From NCBI GenBank assembly GCA_964344185.1, contig CAYFMN010000009.1:19023-83022 (forward strand): DNA of 64,000 nucleotides, written 5' to 3'. Origin of the DNA: an uncultured Nitrospinota bacterium. GTDB taxonomy: Bacteria > Nitrospinota > Nitrospinia > Nitrospinales > JAJDAT01. The position numbers were made by a program, and so were the translations under genes. This document shows positions 47,950 through 56,716 of the stretch, piece by piece. Every line of letters starts with the position of its first letter. The stretch's first letter is position 1. The notes under the pieces are model-generated. The model ran no database searches and was not told where the DNA came from. It saw only the letters and a list, made by a program, of their open reading frames with translations.

Positions 47950-48375
47950 TTACGAAACCTCTATTCCACATTTTGCCACCCACTCATGCGGAGAAACCTG
48001 TTGCACAAAGCGCCCTTCGTACTCGACTTTTGAAAGTTTGTTCATTAACTTATGACGGCGGGAGTCTATTGGCTCCCCCCAGACTTTGCCTCTTAGCTTT
48101 GGCTTGGCTAGAAAAACCTGGAATTTCGAAAAAAGCATCTTTCGCTCTTCCATTTCCCTGATTAAAGAGTTTATCCAGTCTTCTAATAAGTCTTCATCGT
48201 TTTGCGATTCACAATCGATAAAAAGACTATTCAAGGCTCTTATTCTACTGGGGTCGATAATAATCGATACTGCTCCCATTGCGGCATTCTCAAAAGCTTC
48301 TCTTTTTGTCGCGCCAGATCCCTTAACTCCAAACCCTGAATCCAACTTAAAATGTTCCCAGCCATTTTTTTTCAT
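47950..48375 (-). CDS. archease-like protein
   Basis: 141 aa. WEHFKLDSGFGVKGSGATKREAFENAA.. resembles the archease N-terminal signature (H..aD.g....G....eaFe.aa). Confidence 0.65.
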   Translation of the reverse strand: MKKNGWEHFKLDSGFGVKGSGATKREAFENAAMGAVSIIIDPSRIRALNSLFIDCESQNDEDLLEDWINSLIREMEERKMLFSKFQVFLAKPKLRGKVWGEPIDSRRHKLMNKLSKVEYEGRFVQQVSPHEWVAKCGIEVS

Positions 48376-48415
48376 TAAAATTTTAATCTAAGAGAACTCT
48401 TGAAATTTCTTATTT

Positions 48416-49222
48416 TTAATCGCTTGCGCTCTCAGTATCTTTGTTTTCGGCGGCTTGCGCTTCTTTATACTCTTTCATTATCGCTTCCTGCTCGTCTTTT
48501 TCGACAGCTAGATAAATCCTAATGGTTTCAAACTGACCTGCTTGTTGGATTCTAACCAACTTCAAGCGAATAAGCTCTAACAACCCTAGAAAAGTAGCTA
48601 CAATTTCGGCTTTCGTATTCAAAACTGTAAATAAGGAAAAAAACGTAACGCTTTCGGAAGCGTTTAATATTTCTAAAAGTTGATCCAATTTTTCCGGAAC
48701 CGAAACATCAGTCACTTTAAGTTCATATGACTCATTAGTTTTCTTTTCGCTAACAATTTTTTGAAAAGCTTTTAACAGGTCAAACACATTAGCGCCGCCT
48801 GGGTGCATTTCATCTCCATCAATGGGGATTCCGCCGCTTCTTGAATATATCTGTTGTCTTTCTGTTTCCATCATTCTTAACTCAGAAGCCGCTTCTTTAT
48901 ATCTCTGGTACTCTAAAAGCTTTCGAGTTAATTCCTCTCTTGGGTCTTCTCCTTCATCTTCAAGATCCTCTTCATCTGTTTCATTGCGCGGCAGTAAAGT
49001 TTTAGACTTAATTCTAGTTAACTCGGCGGCCATTATTAAATATTCGCCTGCCAAATCTAAATTCAAATCTTGCATTAGATCTATATACTGCAAATACTGC
49101 TTGGTAATTTCAGCCACTGGGATATCATAAATATCCATTTTCTGTTCTTTAATTAGGTAAAGAAGCAAATCCAATGGGCCTTCAAAAATATCCAGTTTTA
49201 ACAAATAAGGAGAAGATTTCAT
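48416..49222 (-). CDS. scpA: segregation and condensation protein A
   Basis: 268 aa. FEGPLDLLLYLIKEQKMDIYDIPVAEIT. Confidence 0.9.
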   Translation of the reverse strand: MKSSPYLLKLDIFEGPLDLLLYLIKEQKMDIYDIPVAEITKQYLQYIDLMQDLNLDLAGEYLIMAAELTRIKSKTLLPRNETDEEDLEDEGEDPREELTRKLLEYQRYKEAASELRMMETERQQIYSRSGGIPIDGDEMHPGGANVFDLLKAFQKIVSEKKTNESYELKVTDVSVPEKLDQLLEILNASESVTFFSLFTVLNTKAEIVATFLGLLELIRLKLVRIQQAGQFETIRIYLAVEKDEQEAIMKEYKEAQAAENKDTESASD

Positions 49223-49256
49223 AAATTACTCAAATATTTATTTCTTTAGGTGGGAA

Positions 49257-50006
49257 CTAAAAGTCACCCCAATAAAATTGCACGATTGATAATACAGCAA
49301 TAGGAGCGGTTTCCGCTCTTAAAATTCTAGGCCCAAGGGAAACGGATCGGAATCCATAATCTGATGCCGTCTTGACTTCGCTTTCAGTCCAACCTCCTTC
49401 CGGCCCAATTAGTAAAGCCGCTTTTTTTATGGAGCTACTTCCTCGGTCAAGCTCAGAAAACCGGAGACTACTTTCGTCTTCATGAAAAATCAATTTAATT
49501 TCATCATTGGCGCAATCCAAACAAAACTCCTCAACCGAGTTCATAGTTTTCGATATTGAAGGAACCTTTGCTCTACCCGATTGTTTTGAAGCTTCCACCG
49601 CAATTTTTTGCCATCGCTCGCTTTTCTTATTCAATTCGGCTGGCTTTAATTTTAAAACGGACCTTTCCGCAATCAACGGCGCAAAAGTGGATACCCCAAG
49701 CTCGCAAGATTTTCGTACAATATCGTCTAGTTTTGCGCCCTTTAGAATGGATTGCCCTAAGGTTATTTCAACAGGCGACTCATTTAGCGCTTGGTGGCGC
49801 GATAAAATTTTGCATAGAATTTCATCTCTAGTTAAAGCGGTAATTTCAGCGGAATAAAGACTTCCTTCTCCATCAAAGATAGCGACATTATCTCCAATCC
49901 CTAAACGAAGAACGTTTCTGATATGAATTACGTCTTGCCCCTTAACTACAATTTCGTCACCCTTTATTTTTTCTTTACCGACAAAAAAACGTCTACGGAT
50001 TTTCAT
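49257..50006 (-). CDS. rsmE: 16S rRNA (uracil1498-N3)-methyltransferase
   Basis: 249 aa. RRFFV N-terminus, PUA-like domain, C-terminal LIGPEGGW..LGPRILRAETA SPOUT knot. Confidence 0.9.
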   Translation of the reverse strand: MKIRRRFFVGKEKIKGDEIVVKGQDVIHIRNVLRLGIGDNVAIFDGEGSLYSAEITALTRDEILCKILSRHQALNESPVEITLGQSILKGAKLDDIVRKSCELGVSTFAPLIAERSVLKLKPAELNKKSERWQKIAVEASKQSGRAKVPSISKTMNSVEEFCLDCANDEIKLIFHEDESSLRFSELDRGSSSIKKAALLIGPEGGWTESEVKTASDYGFRSVSLGPRILRAETAPIAVLSIVQFYWGDF

Positions 50007-50011
50007 AAAAA

Positions 50012-50737
50012 TTAAACGGAACTTTTTATCGCTAAAATTTCTTGTAGAGACTTAATTTCATAATCCGGTTGAATCTCTGTACCGTTAATTTCATCATCTC
50101 TATTTAACCAAGCGGTATTCATTCCAACCGCCGAAGCCCCGCCAACGTCGGCGGTTATATTATCTCCGACAAACAGCGTTTCTTCAGGCGGTAAATCAAG
50201 TCTTGCAAGGGCCAACTGAAAAATCGAGGGATGCGGTTTTCTAAAAGGAAAATCAGAAGAATATATAGAAAAGTCAAAGTAAGGATCTAAACCCAAACTT
50301 TTTCTTTCAAAGTCCTTCATAAATACGGGGGTTGTGGTATTGGACACGATACCCATTTTAATATTCCAATTTTGCAGTGCCGTTAAAGTCGGTTTGGTGT
50401 CTAAATAAAGCTTTCTCGGCTTCATTAGCTCTTTGTAATAAACCGTCAAAAGCTCATCAACGGTCGTTTTTCCTTCAATTTTTATATTGAACTCAAATAA
50501 AAGATAATTTAAAACTTTATCAAAGCAGGCCTCAAGGTGACTCTCCCTTGATATATTTATCATCTCATAAAATAATTTTAACGTTTTGGAGTATCCAAAT
50601 CGGAAGTTTCCTATATCAATCTCCAAGCTCTCCATAAAGTCCGACAGCCTTTCGAATCCCTTGGAATTATCTTCATTGACAAAGTCGGTTAACGTATAGG
50701 CCCAATCAAACACAACTGCTTTAAATGGAAATTTCAT
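50012..50737 (-). CDS. HAD-superfamily hydrolase
   Basis: 241 aa. Motif I VVFDWAYTL, motif II SNT, motif IV VGDNITADVGGA. Confidence 0.8.
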   Translation of the reverse strand: MKFPFKAVVFDWAYTLTDFVNEDNSKGFERLSDFMESLEIDIGNFRFGYSKTLKLFYEMINISRESHLEACFDKVLNYLLFEFNIKIEGKTTVDELLTVYYKELMKPRKLYLDTKPTLTALQNWNIKMGIVSNTTTPVFMKDFERKSLGLDPYFDFSIYSSDFPFRKPHPSIFQLALARLDLPPEETLFVGDNITADVGGASAVGMNTAWLNRDDEINGTEIQPDYEIKSLQEILAIKSSV

Positions 50738-50977
50738 GGCGCGGGGAATTAAAGTGTTATTTTTGTTTCAGTAAAATTATTTTACGATTATGGATGCGGT
50801 TCTTAAGGCTAAACAAAAGGGCAATAACGATTTAATAGGATTTGTGATAAGAAAGTACTAAGAAATAACGTTTTCTTGAAAAAAAAAGGACGAAAATTAA
50901 AATAAAAATCAAAAGTATAATAAAATGAATTAATGAACAATTACCAATTGCCCAAATAAATCTGCCAAATCAAGGAT

Positions 50978-51514
50978 ATGATAACCACAAAAGTAAAACA
51001 TTTTCCCAAAAATATTCTATCGAATAAAGAAATTATTGGAGAGGCGTTGAATAGAAACTGTGTGAGGGCTTTAATAATCCCTACCAAGTCTATTATATTG
51101 GCACGCTGGCTTCGGCTACAGTGCCAATATGGCTGCGATCATTTTGGGCAAAGGCTGACCTGCCCCCCTTATTCTCCAACGGCAGATGAGTTTTCGGAAA
51201 TTCTTTTGGATTATAATCGCGCCTTATTAATTGAAACGCAACAACCCGACCAAGTAATGGAAACCGTTACTAACTTAGAAAGCGTTCTAAAAAATAAAGG
51301 CAGTTATAAAGCTTTTGGTCTGGGCGCTACCGCTTGCAGTTTGTGTGACACGTGCACAACCGAAACTCATTGCGAATACCCTTCAAAAGCTCGTCCCACC
51401 CTTAGAGCCTTTGGAATAGACGTTCCTGCAACGCTGAGTAATGTTGGTTGGGATATTCAAATCAGCATGGATTACTGTAAGGATGGTTCCATTGGCCTTA
51501 TTCTAATGGACTAA
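50978..51514 (+). CDS. DUF2284-like Cys-rich metal-binding protein
   Basis: 178 aa. CQYGCDHFGQRLTCPP and CSLCDTC motifs. Family assignment from memory. Confidence 0.6.
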   Translation: MITTKVKHFPKNILSNKEIIGEALNRNCVRALIIPTKSIILARWLRLQCQYGCDHFGQRLTCPPYSPTADEFSEILLDYNRALLIETQQPDQVMETVTNLESVLKNKGSYKAFGLGATACSLCDTCTTETHCEYPSKARPTLRAFGIDVPATLSNVGWDIQISMDYCKDGSIGLILMD

Positions 51515-51674
51515 ATCATCTCCCTTTCCTGTAAAAAACCTTAAATTTCCACTTTTCAATCGCTTTACCTTAAAAAATCTGGGTTTCTTTGCTCAAATAG
51601 CCCCAAAAATGCCAATTTTTGTTTGGAAATTTACAATAATTTATTAAAATAGGAGATCTATTTAACATCTTTTA

Positions 51675-54086
51675 TTGATTGTTCAACGTCCCCCAAGGTC
51701 GTTGTTAGAGCTTACTGTTATGGCGGAAAGCAAAACAACATATGAGGACGGTTCTACCGTTTCGCGTCTAGGCGATTTTTATTCTCTACAAAAATCTAAA
51801 ACTCATTTCGCCGTCAAAAAGAAACCGGAAGCTCCGAGAGCGGTGCTAGCGGGAGCTTCGGTCTACCCTCAAAGTTTTGAAGGTTTAACCTTTGAAAATA
51901 AGGATTCGCCTGATTTCATCGAGCTTTATAAAATCCATGAGCATTGTCTGGAAGAAGCAATGGAAATTCTTCGCAATTATTGCAAAGACATCTTATGGGC
52001 TTCTCATGTTTACTACTTTTCAGAAGATCCGGAAGGCTTATTAATACCCACGGATTCTATTTATTTAGAGTTTAAAGATGAAACTTCCGACAAAGAAATT
52101 GACTCGATTATAGAAAAACATGGCTTGAAAATTTTCCAAATCGATAAAGAGGATTCTAATTTCCTTACGGCGCATCTCACTCCAGAATCCCAAGCAAATC
52201 CGATTAAAACCGCGAACGCACTTCTCGAAGACGAATGTGTAAAAGTAGCCGAACCCGATTTTCTATCGGAACTAGAGCTCGCTCCCTATCGCCCCGAAGA
52301 TCCTTTATTTTTAGAACAATGGCATTTGGAAAATACCGGAGGAGAAAGGATGGCGATTGGAGCGGACATCTCTGCTCCAGAAGCATGGGAGATAACTCGC
52401 GGTCATCCTAACATAACGATTTGTATAATGGACGATGGCGTAGATACCGACCAGCCCGACTTTTCAACACCTGGTAAAATCGTTTCTCCTCGCGAATTTA
52501 ATAAAAACGAAAACTCCCCTTTACCCATTTTTGCGCATAACAACCACGGAACTATGTGCGCAAAAATCGCCCTGGCCGACGAAAACGATAGCGGCGGCGT
52601 TGGCGTTGCTCCACGTTGCTCTTTAATGCCGGTGAGAATGCGCGGTAGGATATCCGATAAAGCGATTAAAGATTATTTCGACCATGCGAGGTTGAACGGC
52701 GCTTCGATCATTAGTTGTAGCTGGGGAGTGAAATCAAAATTTTTTCCTCTGGGAACGCAGGCATTCAAAGCCATTCAAAAAGCGGCAAAAGAAGGACGCG
52801 ACGGGTTGGGCTGTGTCATTATCTTTGCGGCAGGCAACGACAATCGTCCTATTAGCGGCTTTCATAAAGGAACTCGCGTTTTATCCGGGTTTGCCTCGCA
52901 TCCCGACGTAATAACTATTGCCGCTTCCAATAGCGAAGATCAAAGAAGCCCATATAGCAATTTTGGCTCTGAAATTTGGGTTTGCGCTCCTAGTACCGGC
53001 AACGGACAACCAATTGTGATTGGAGATCGGGATGGGAATAAAGTTCAGTCATCTGTGGAGAACACTGAAGATATCGGGGGCACTTCTAGCGCAGCCCCTA
53101 TAGTAGCAGGAGTGTGCGGTTTAATTTTGTCTGCAAATCCAAAGTTGAATCGGGAAGATGTTAAAATTATTTTAAAAAAAACTGCTCAAAAAATTAATCG
53201 AGCAAAGGGGAAATACGATCCGCGAGAACATTCTATCTATCATGGATGGGGGCGCGTTGACGCCGCAAAAGCGGTGCAACTAGCCAACAGTTATAATCAA
53301 ACCTCGCAAGCGATAAGTTCTTTCGGAAGGCGATTAACCTTCCAGAGCTTTCCTAATATCCCAATCGCAGAACATTTTGTGAAAGGAGTTTCCGATTATG
53401 CCGCAGTTAATGAGCCTGGAGAAATTCAGGATATAGAAGTTACAGTCAATATAGACCACCCTTATCGTGGAGATTTAAAGACCTCAATAACGGGTCCCGA
53501 TGGAACAACCGCAGTTCTTCATAATAAAAAAGGGGGCATTCGCGATAACATTCCCAAAACTTTTAACTTAAAAAATTCACCAGGTTTAAGGGAATTTCTT
53601 GGGAAACATGCGGCCGGTTCGTTCACTCTAAACGCCGCCGACCACGCTCAACATGATATAGGCATTCTAAAAGACTGGTCTCTCACCGTAGAAGTAACCG
53701 GTTTAAAACGCGAGGAATGGAAGGAAAGTCCTGAAATGACCATTCCAGACGACGATCCTAAAGGTATTGTAAGAGAATTAATTGTTAATGGATTTGGCTC
53801 GCTAAAAAACCTCGAACTAAGCGTTGACATAAGTCATACTTGGATAGAAGACCTTATAATTACGCTCATAAGCCCAAATAACCAAGAAGTGGTTATACAC
53901 AATCGCGAGGGAGGCTCGGGTCAGGATTTGAAAAAAACCTACAAAACAACAAATAATCCCGCTCTTGAATCGTTTGTAAAAGAAATTAAAGAAATAAACG
54001 GGATTTGGAAACTGAAAGTTTGCGACCTGGATTCCAGCGATATCGGCATTCTCCATTCATGGAAACTAAAACTAATTACGGATTAG
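51675..54086 (+). CDS. subtilisin-family (S8) serine peptidase with two C-terminal proprotein-convertase P-domains
   Basis: Catalytic D (ICIMDDGVD), H (HNNHGTMCA), S (GGTSSAAPIVAG). Two P-domain blocks (DHPYRGDLKTSITGPDG.., DISHTWIEDLIITLISPNN..). Start uncertain: TTG 51675 or ATG 51720. Confidence 0.85.
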   Translation: MIVQRPPRSLLELTVMAESKTTYEDGSTVSRLGDFYSLQKSKTHFAVKKKPEAPRAVLAGASVYPQSFEGLTFENKDSPDFIELYKIHEHCLEEAMEILRNYCKDILWASHVYYFSEDPEGLLIPTDSIYLEFKDETSDKEIDSIIEKHGLKIFQIDKEDSNFLTAHLTPESQANPIKTANALLEDECVKVAEPDFLSELELAPYRPEDPLFLEQWHLENTGGERMAIGADISAPEAWEITRGHPNITICIMDDGVDTDQPDFSTPGKIVSPREFNKNENSPLPIFAHNNHGTMCAKIALADENDSGGVGVAPRCSLMPVRMRGRISDKAIKDYFDHARLNGASIISCSWGVKSKFFPLGTQAFKAIQKAAKEGRDGLGCVIIFAAGNDNRPISGFHKGTRVLSGFASHPDVITIAASNSEDQRSPYSNFGSEIWVCAPSTGNGQPIVIGDRDGNKVQSSVENTEDIGGTSSAAPIVAGVCGLILSANPKLNREDVKIILKKTAQKINRAKGKYDPREHSIYHGWGRVDAAKAVQLANSYNQTSQAISSFGRRLTFQSFPNIPIAEHFVKGVSDYAAVNEPGEIQDIEVTVNIDHPYRGDLKTSITGPDGTTAVLHNKKGGIRDNIPKTFNLKNSPGLREFLGKHAAGSFTLNAADHAQHDIGILKDWSLTVEVTGLKREEWKESPEMTIPDDDPKGIVRELIVNGFGSLKNLELSVDISHTWIEDLIITLISPNNQEVVIHNREGGSGQDLKKTYKTTNNPALESFVKEIKEINGIWKLKVCDLDSSDIGILHSWKLKLITD

Positions 54087-54096
54087 CCGGGCCCTT

Positions 54097-54495
54097 TTAA
54101 ATCATCGTTAAAATTGCGGACATCAGCAATACAGATACCAATTTATATCCACAATAAATTGCGGCAACCACTTTTGGACGGTTCTCCCAAAAATAAGGAG
54201 GTATAACAGCCGCAATAATCGATCCCAGCCAAACTAACAAAGCGACTCCCATCGCATGACCTGTTGATTGGACATTAACTATTTTAAATAAATAAGAAAA
54301 GAATATGGCAAGTATTAATGCGGATAACGCGCTGGATGCATAAGCGGCGTTTGCGCCTGAAAGATCTTCCGGTTTCTCGATTCCCATTTCTCGCATCCAG
54401 ATTTTTCCAAACCCAGCAGGGGAATACCAAAATGCTCCCAGCCCCATATCAGCAATAACGGCTATACCTATTGCGAGAAAGTTTAGATTGTTCAT
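54097..54495 (-). CDS. DUF1761-like membrane protein
   Basis: 132 aa, 4 TM. N-terminal ..GLGAFWYSPAGFGKIWM. Confidence 0.6.
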   Translation of the reverse strand: MNNLNFLAIGIAVIADMGLGAFWYSPAGFGKIWMREMGIEKPEDLSGANAAYASSALSALILAIFFSYLFKIVNVQSTGHAMGVALLVWLGSIIAAVIPPYFWENRPKVVAAIYCGYKLVSVLLMSAILTMI

Positions 54496-54599
54496 CTTAA
54501 TAACTCCTTGGGAACTAAAACGGATGTCGCATTTCCCTTCGAGTACTACTTCGGCTACGCTCAGTACAAGCTTCGGACAAGCTTGAGCCTCCTAAAGAC

Positions 54600-54725
54600 A
54601 AGGAGTTTATTTTATTGAATCGAGGCGAGATCCTTCACCGAACCTTCGCTTCTGGATGACACGCGGAGAAGACCATGAAATCCTAGCCTTTGATTAATAA
54701 ATTTGCAAGGCGAGCCAGACGCTCA
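54600..54725 (+). repeat. family-2 intergenic repeat, copy B
   Basis: AAGGAGTTTATTTTATTGAATCGAGGCGAGATCCTTC...CCTAGCCTTTGATTAATAAATTTGCAAGGC. Shares the CCTAGCCYTTGA core with family 1. Confidence 0.75.
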
Positions 54726-54815
54726 ATTATGATAGTTTTTTGCTTTTAGTTCCTTTTCCAACTAGTGGGTGAATCTAGTTTGACGCTACGGATTAAAAAT
54801 ATTTTTCTATCAAAA

Positions 54816-56018
54816 TCAGCTAACGATTTTTCTAAGTTCTTGCAGCTCTTTTCCAGATATTCCTAAAAAGTACAGGATCAATTCCAAGTCGGAAATATTA
54901 ATACTGGCGCTGACATGTTGCTGAACGATAGGCTTGGCGTTAAACGCAATGCCTAAACCAGCTTTAGCTAACATGTAGATATCATTCGCCCCGTCTCCAA
55001 CGGCAACGACCTGCTTTAACGAAAATCCTTCTTGTTCTGCGAGAAAAACTAATTTTTGTTCTTTAAGTTTTGCGTCTATTATTTCGCCTTTCACTTCTCC
55101 CGTCAGTTTTCCATCTTCAATGCCCAGTTCATTTGCAAAACCATAATCCAAACCATATTTATTTTTCAAGTGTTCAATGAAAAATTGAAATCCCCCACTC
55201 ACAATAGCTATTTTATATCCAAGATGTTTTAAAATTTTTACAAGAATTTTTGCTCCGGGAGTTAAAGGAATATTTTCTCTTAACTTTTCCAATTTAGAAA
55301 CGGGAAGTCCTTTGAGCAAAGCGACTCTTGTTCTTAAAGCTTCTTGAAAATCTATATTTCCAGCCATCGCTTCTTGAGTGATCGCTTTCATTTGGTCTTC
55401 AACGCCCGCAAGCCTGCCCATTTCGTCAATCACTTCACATTGCAAAAACGTCATATCCGCATCCATAACAATCAAACGTTTATTTCTGCGGAACATAGTG
55501 TCTTCCTGGATCGCTATATCAACTCCCCTATTCTCCTTAAATTGAACTAAACGACTCATTAACTTCGACGATGGCAAATCGTCATGCATTCCAATCACAA
55601 ATTCTAAAACATGGTAATCGCCAGAGTCTAATTGCTCGATTCTAAGAATGTTGATATCCAGTTCGGCCACTGTTTGAGTGAACTCCATTAAAGCTTTTGA
55701 GTCGATTTTCTTCCCCAAAACCGTAACAACATGACGATGGCTATATTCTGAATCTCCTATTGCGCCTTTTCCAGGTTCGCTATAGTTAATCCTAATATCC
55801 TCATTTTTCCCATATTCATCCAGGGACTCTTTTAATTTATTGGTCTCGTTTGAATTGGAACTCTCCATCAATAAAGAGAGATTCAACATATCGTTGAATA
55901 CGAACATCTTTATATCGACTACTCTCCAATCAAATTGGATAGCATTTTTTACAACCTTTGAAAGAATTCCAGGGCGGTCGTGACCAGAAACATGAATGTG
56001 CATTCTGTTGTTAGACAT
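54816..56018 (-). CDS. serB: phosphoserine phosphatase with N-terminal ACT domains
   Basis: 400 aa. HAD motif I VMDADMTF, motif IV GDGANDIYML. Two ACT-like regulatory domains. Confidence 0.9.
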   Translation of the reverse strand: MSNNRMHIHVSGHDRPGILSKVVKNAIQFDWRVVDIKMFVFNDMLNLSLLMESSNSNETNKLKESLDEYGKNEDIRINYSEPGKGAIGDSEYSHRHVVTVLGKKIDSKALMEFTQTVAELDINILRIEQLDSGDYHVLEFVIGMHDDLPSSKLMSRLVQFKENRGVDIAIQEDTMFRRNKRLIVMDADMTFLQCEVIDEMGRLAGVEDQMKAITQEAMAGNIDFQEALRTRVALLKGLPVSKLEKLRENIPLTPGAKILVKILKHLGYKIAIVSGGFQFFIEHLKNKYGLDYGFANELGIEDGKLTGEVKGEIIDAKLKEQKLVFLAEQEGFSLKQVVAVGDGANDIYMLAKAGLGIAFNAKPIVQQHVSASINISDLELILYFLGISGKELQELRKIVS

Positions 56019-56121
56019 TTATAATTGAATAAAAAGTTTGGCGGGTAATTTAAAAGCTTTACCGATAGCAGGTCGCCTTACAAAACTTAAAACCAAAAGT
56101 TTTGATTATCTATGGTTTTGC

Positions 56122-56517
56122 TTATTTTTTTTCATCCCTTGATTTATATCTCCAGCCTTCGCGTTTTCTGCAAGACCAGCCATCGTTAATATTAAATTTT
56201 TGTAAATTATCTAATGTTGCAGATTGAAATAAAGCGATTATTCCTTCTCCCTTTATTTCATTTTGCTTTAGGTGAAGGTGTTTTAAGTTGAGATATTGAA
56301 CATTTTTTAATAATTCACATTCAGAAAGTTCCTTGACGCCCTGGTCGCCTAATTTATTATCCGCCAAATCAAGCCAGGAAACTCCTTTTATCTTTTCTGA
56401 GCCCCATAACAATCTGGCTTCTTCTGGACCTAAGTCGATACCGCTAGCCATGAGTTGGTTACCGCGCAAACGCCCTTCGTAAAGCTCTTCGGCGGTATTA
56501 AATTTCTCTCTCGGCAT
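56122..56517 (-). CDS. small leucine-rich-repeat (RNI-like) protein
   Basis: 131 aa. LDLADNKLGDQGVKEL and LHLKQNEIKGEGIIAL repeats. Confidence 0.55.
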   Translation of the reverse strand: MPREKFNTAEELYEGRLRGNQLMASGIDLGPEEARLLWGSEKIKGVSWLDLADNKLGDQGVKELSECELLKNVQYLNLKHLHLKQNEIKGEGIIALFQSATLDNLQKFNINDGWSCRKREGWRYKSRDEKK

Positions 56518-56716
56518 GTTACTTTAAAACCTTTCTTCAAAATTTAACAAAATACTAAAAACTAAACCAATAAGAGTACCTCTAAAACATAAAAATTTCC
56601 ATCAAGCAATCTACAAAATTTACGAAAAATAGAATTTTTAAAAAGCCATTTTAAAACAATATCTTATATATTCAAACTGGCAAGAAACCGCTAATCAACA
56701 ACAATTTTTTCAGAAT

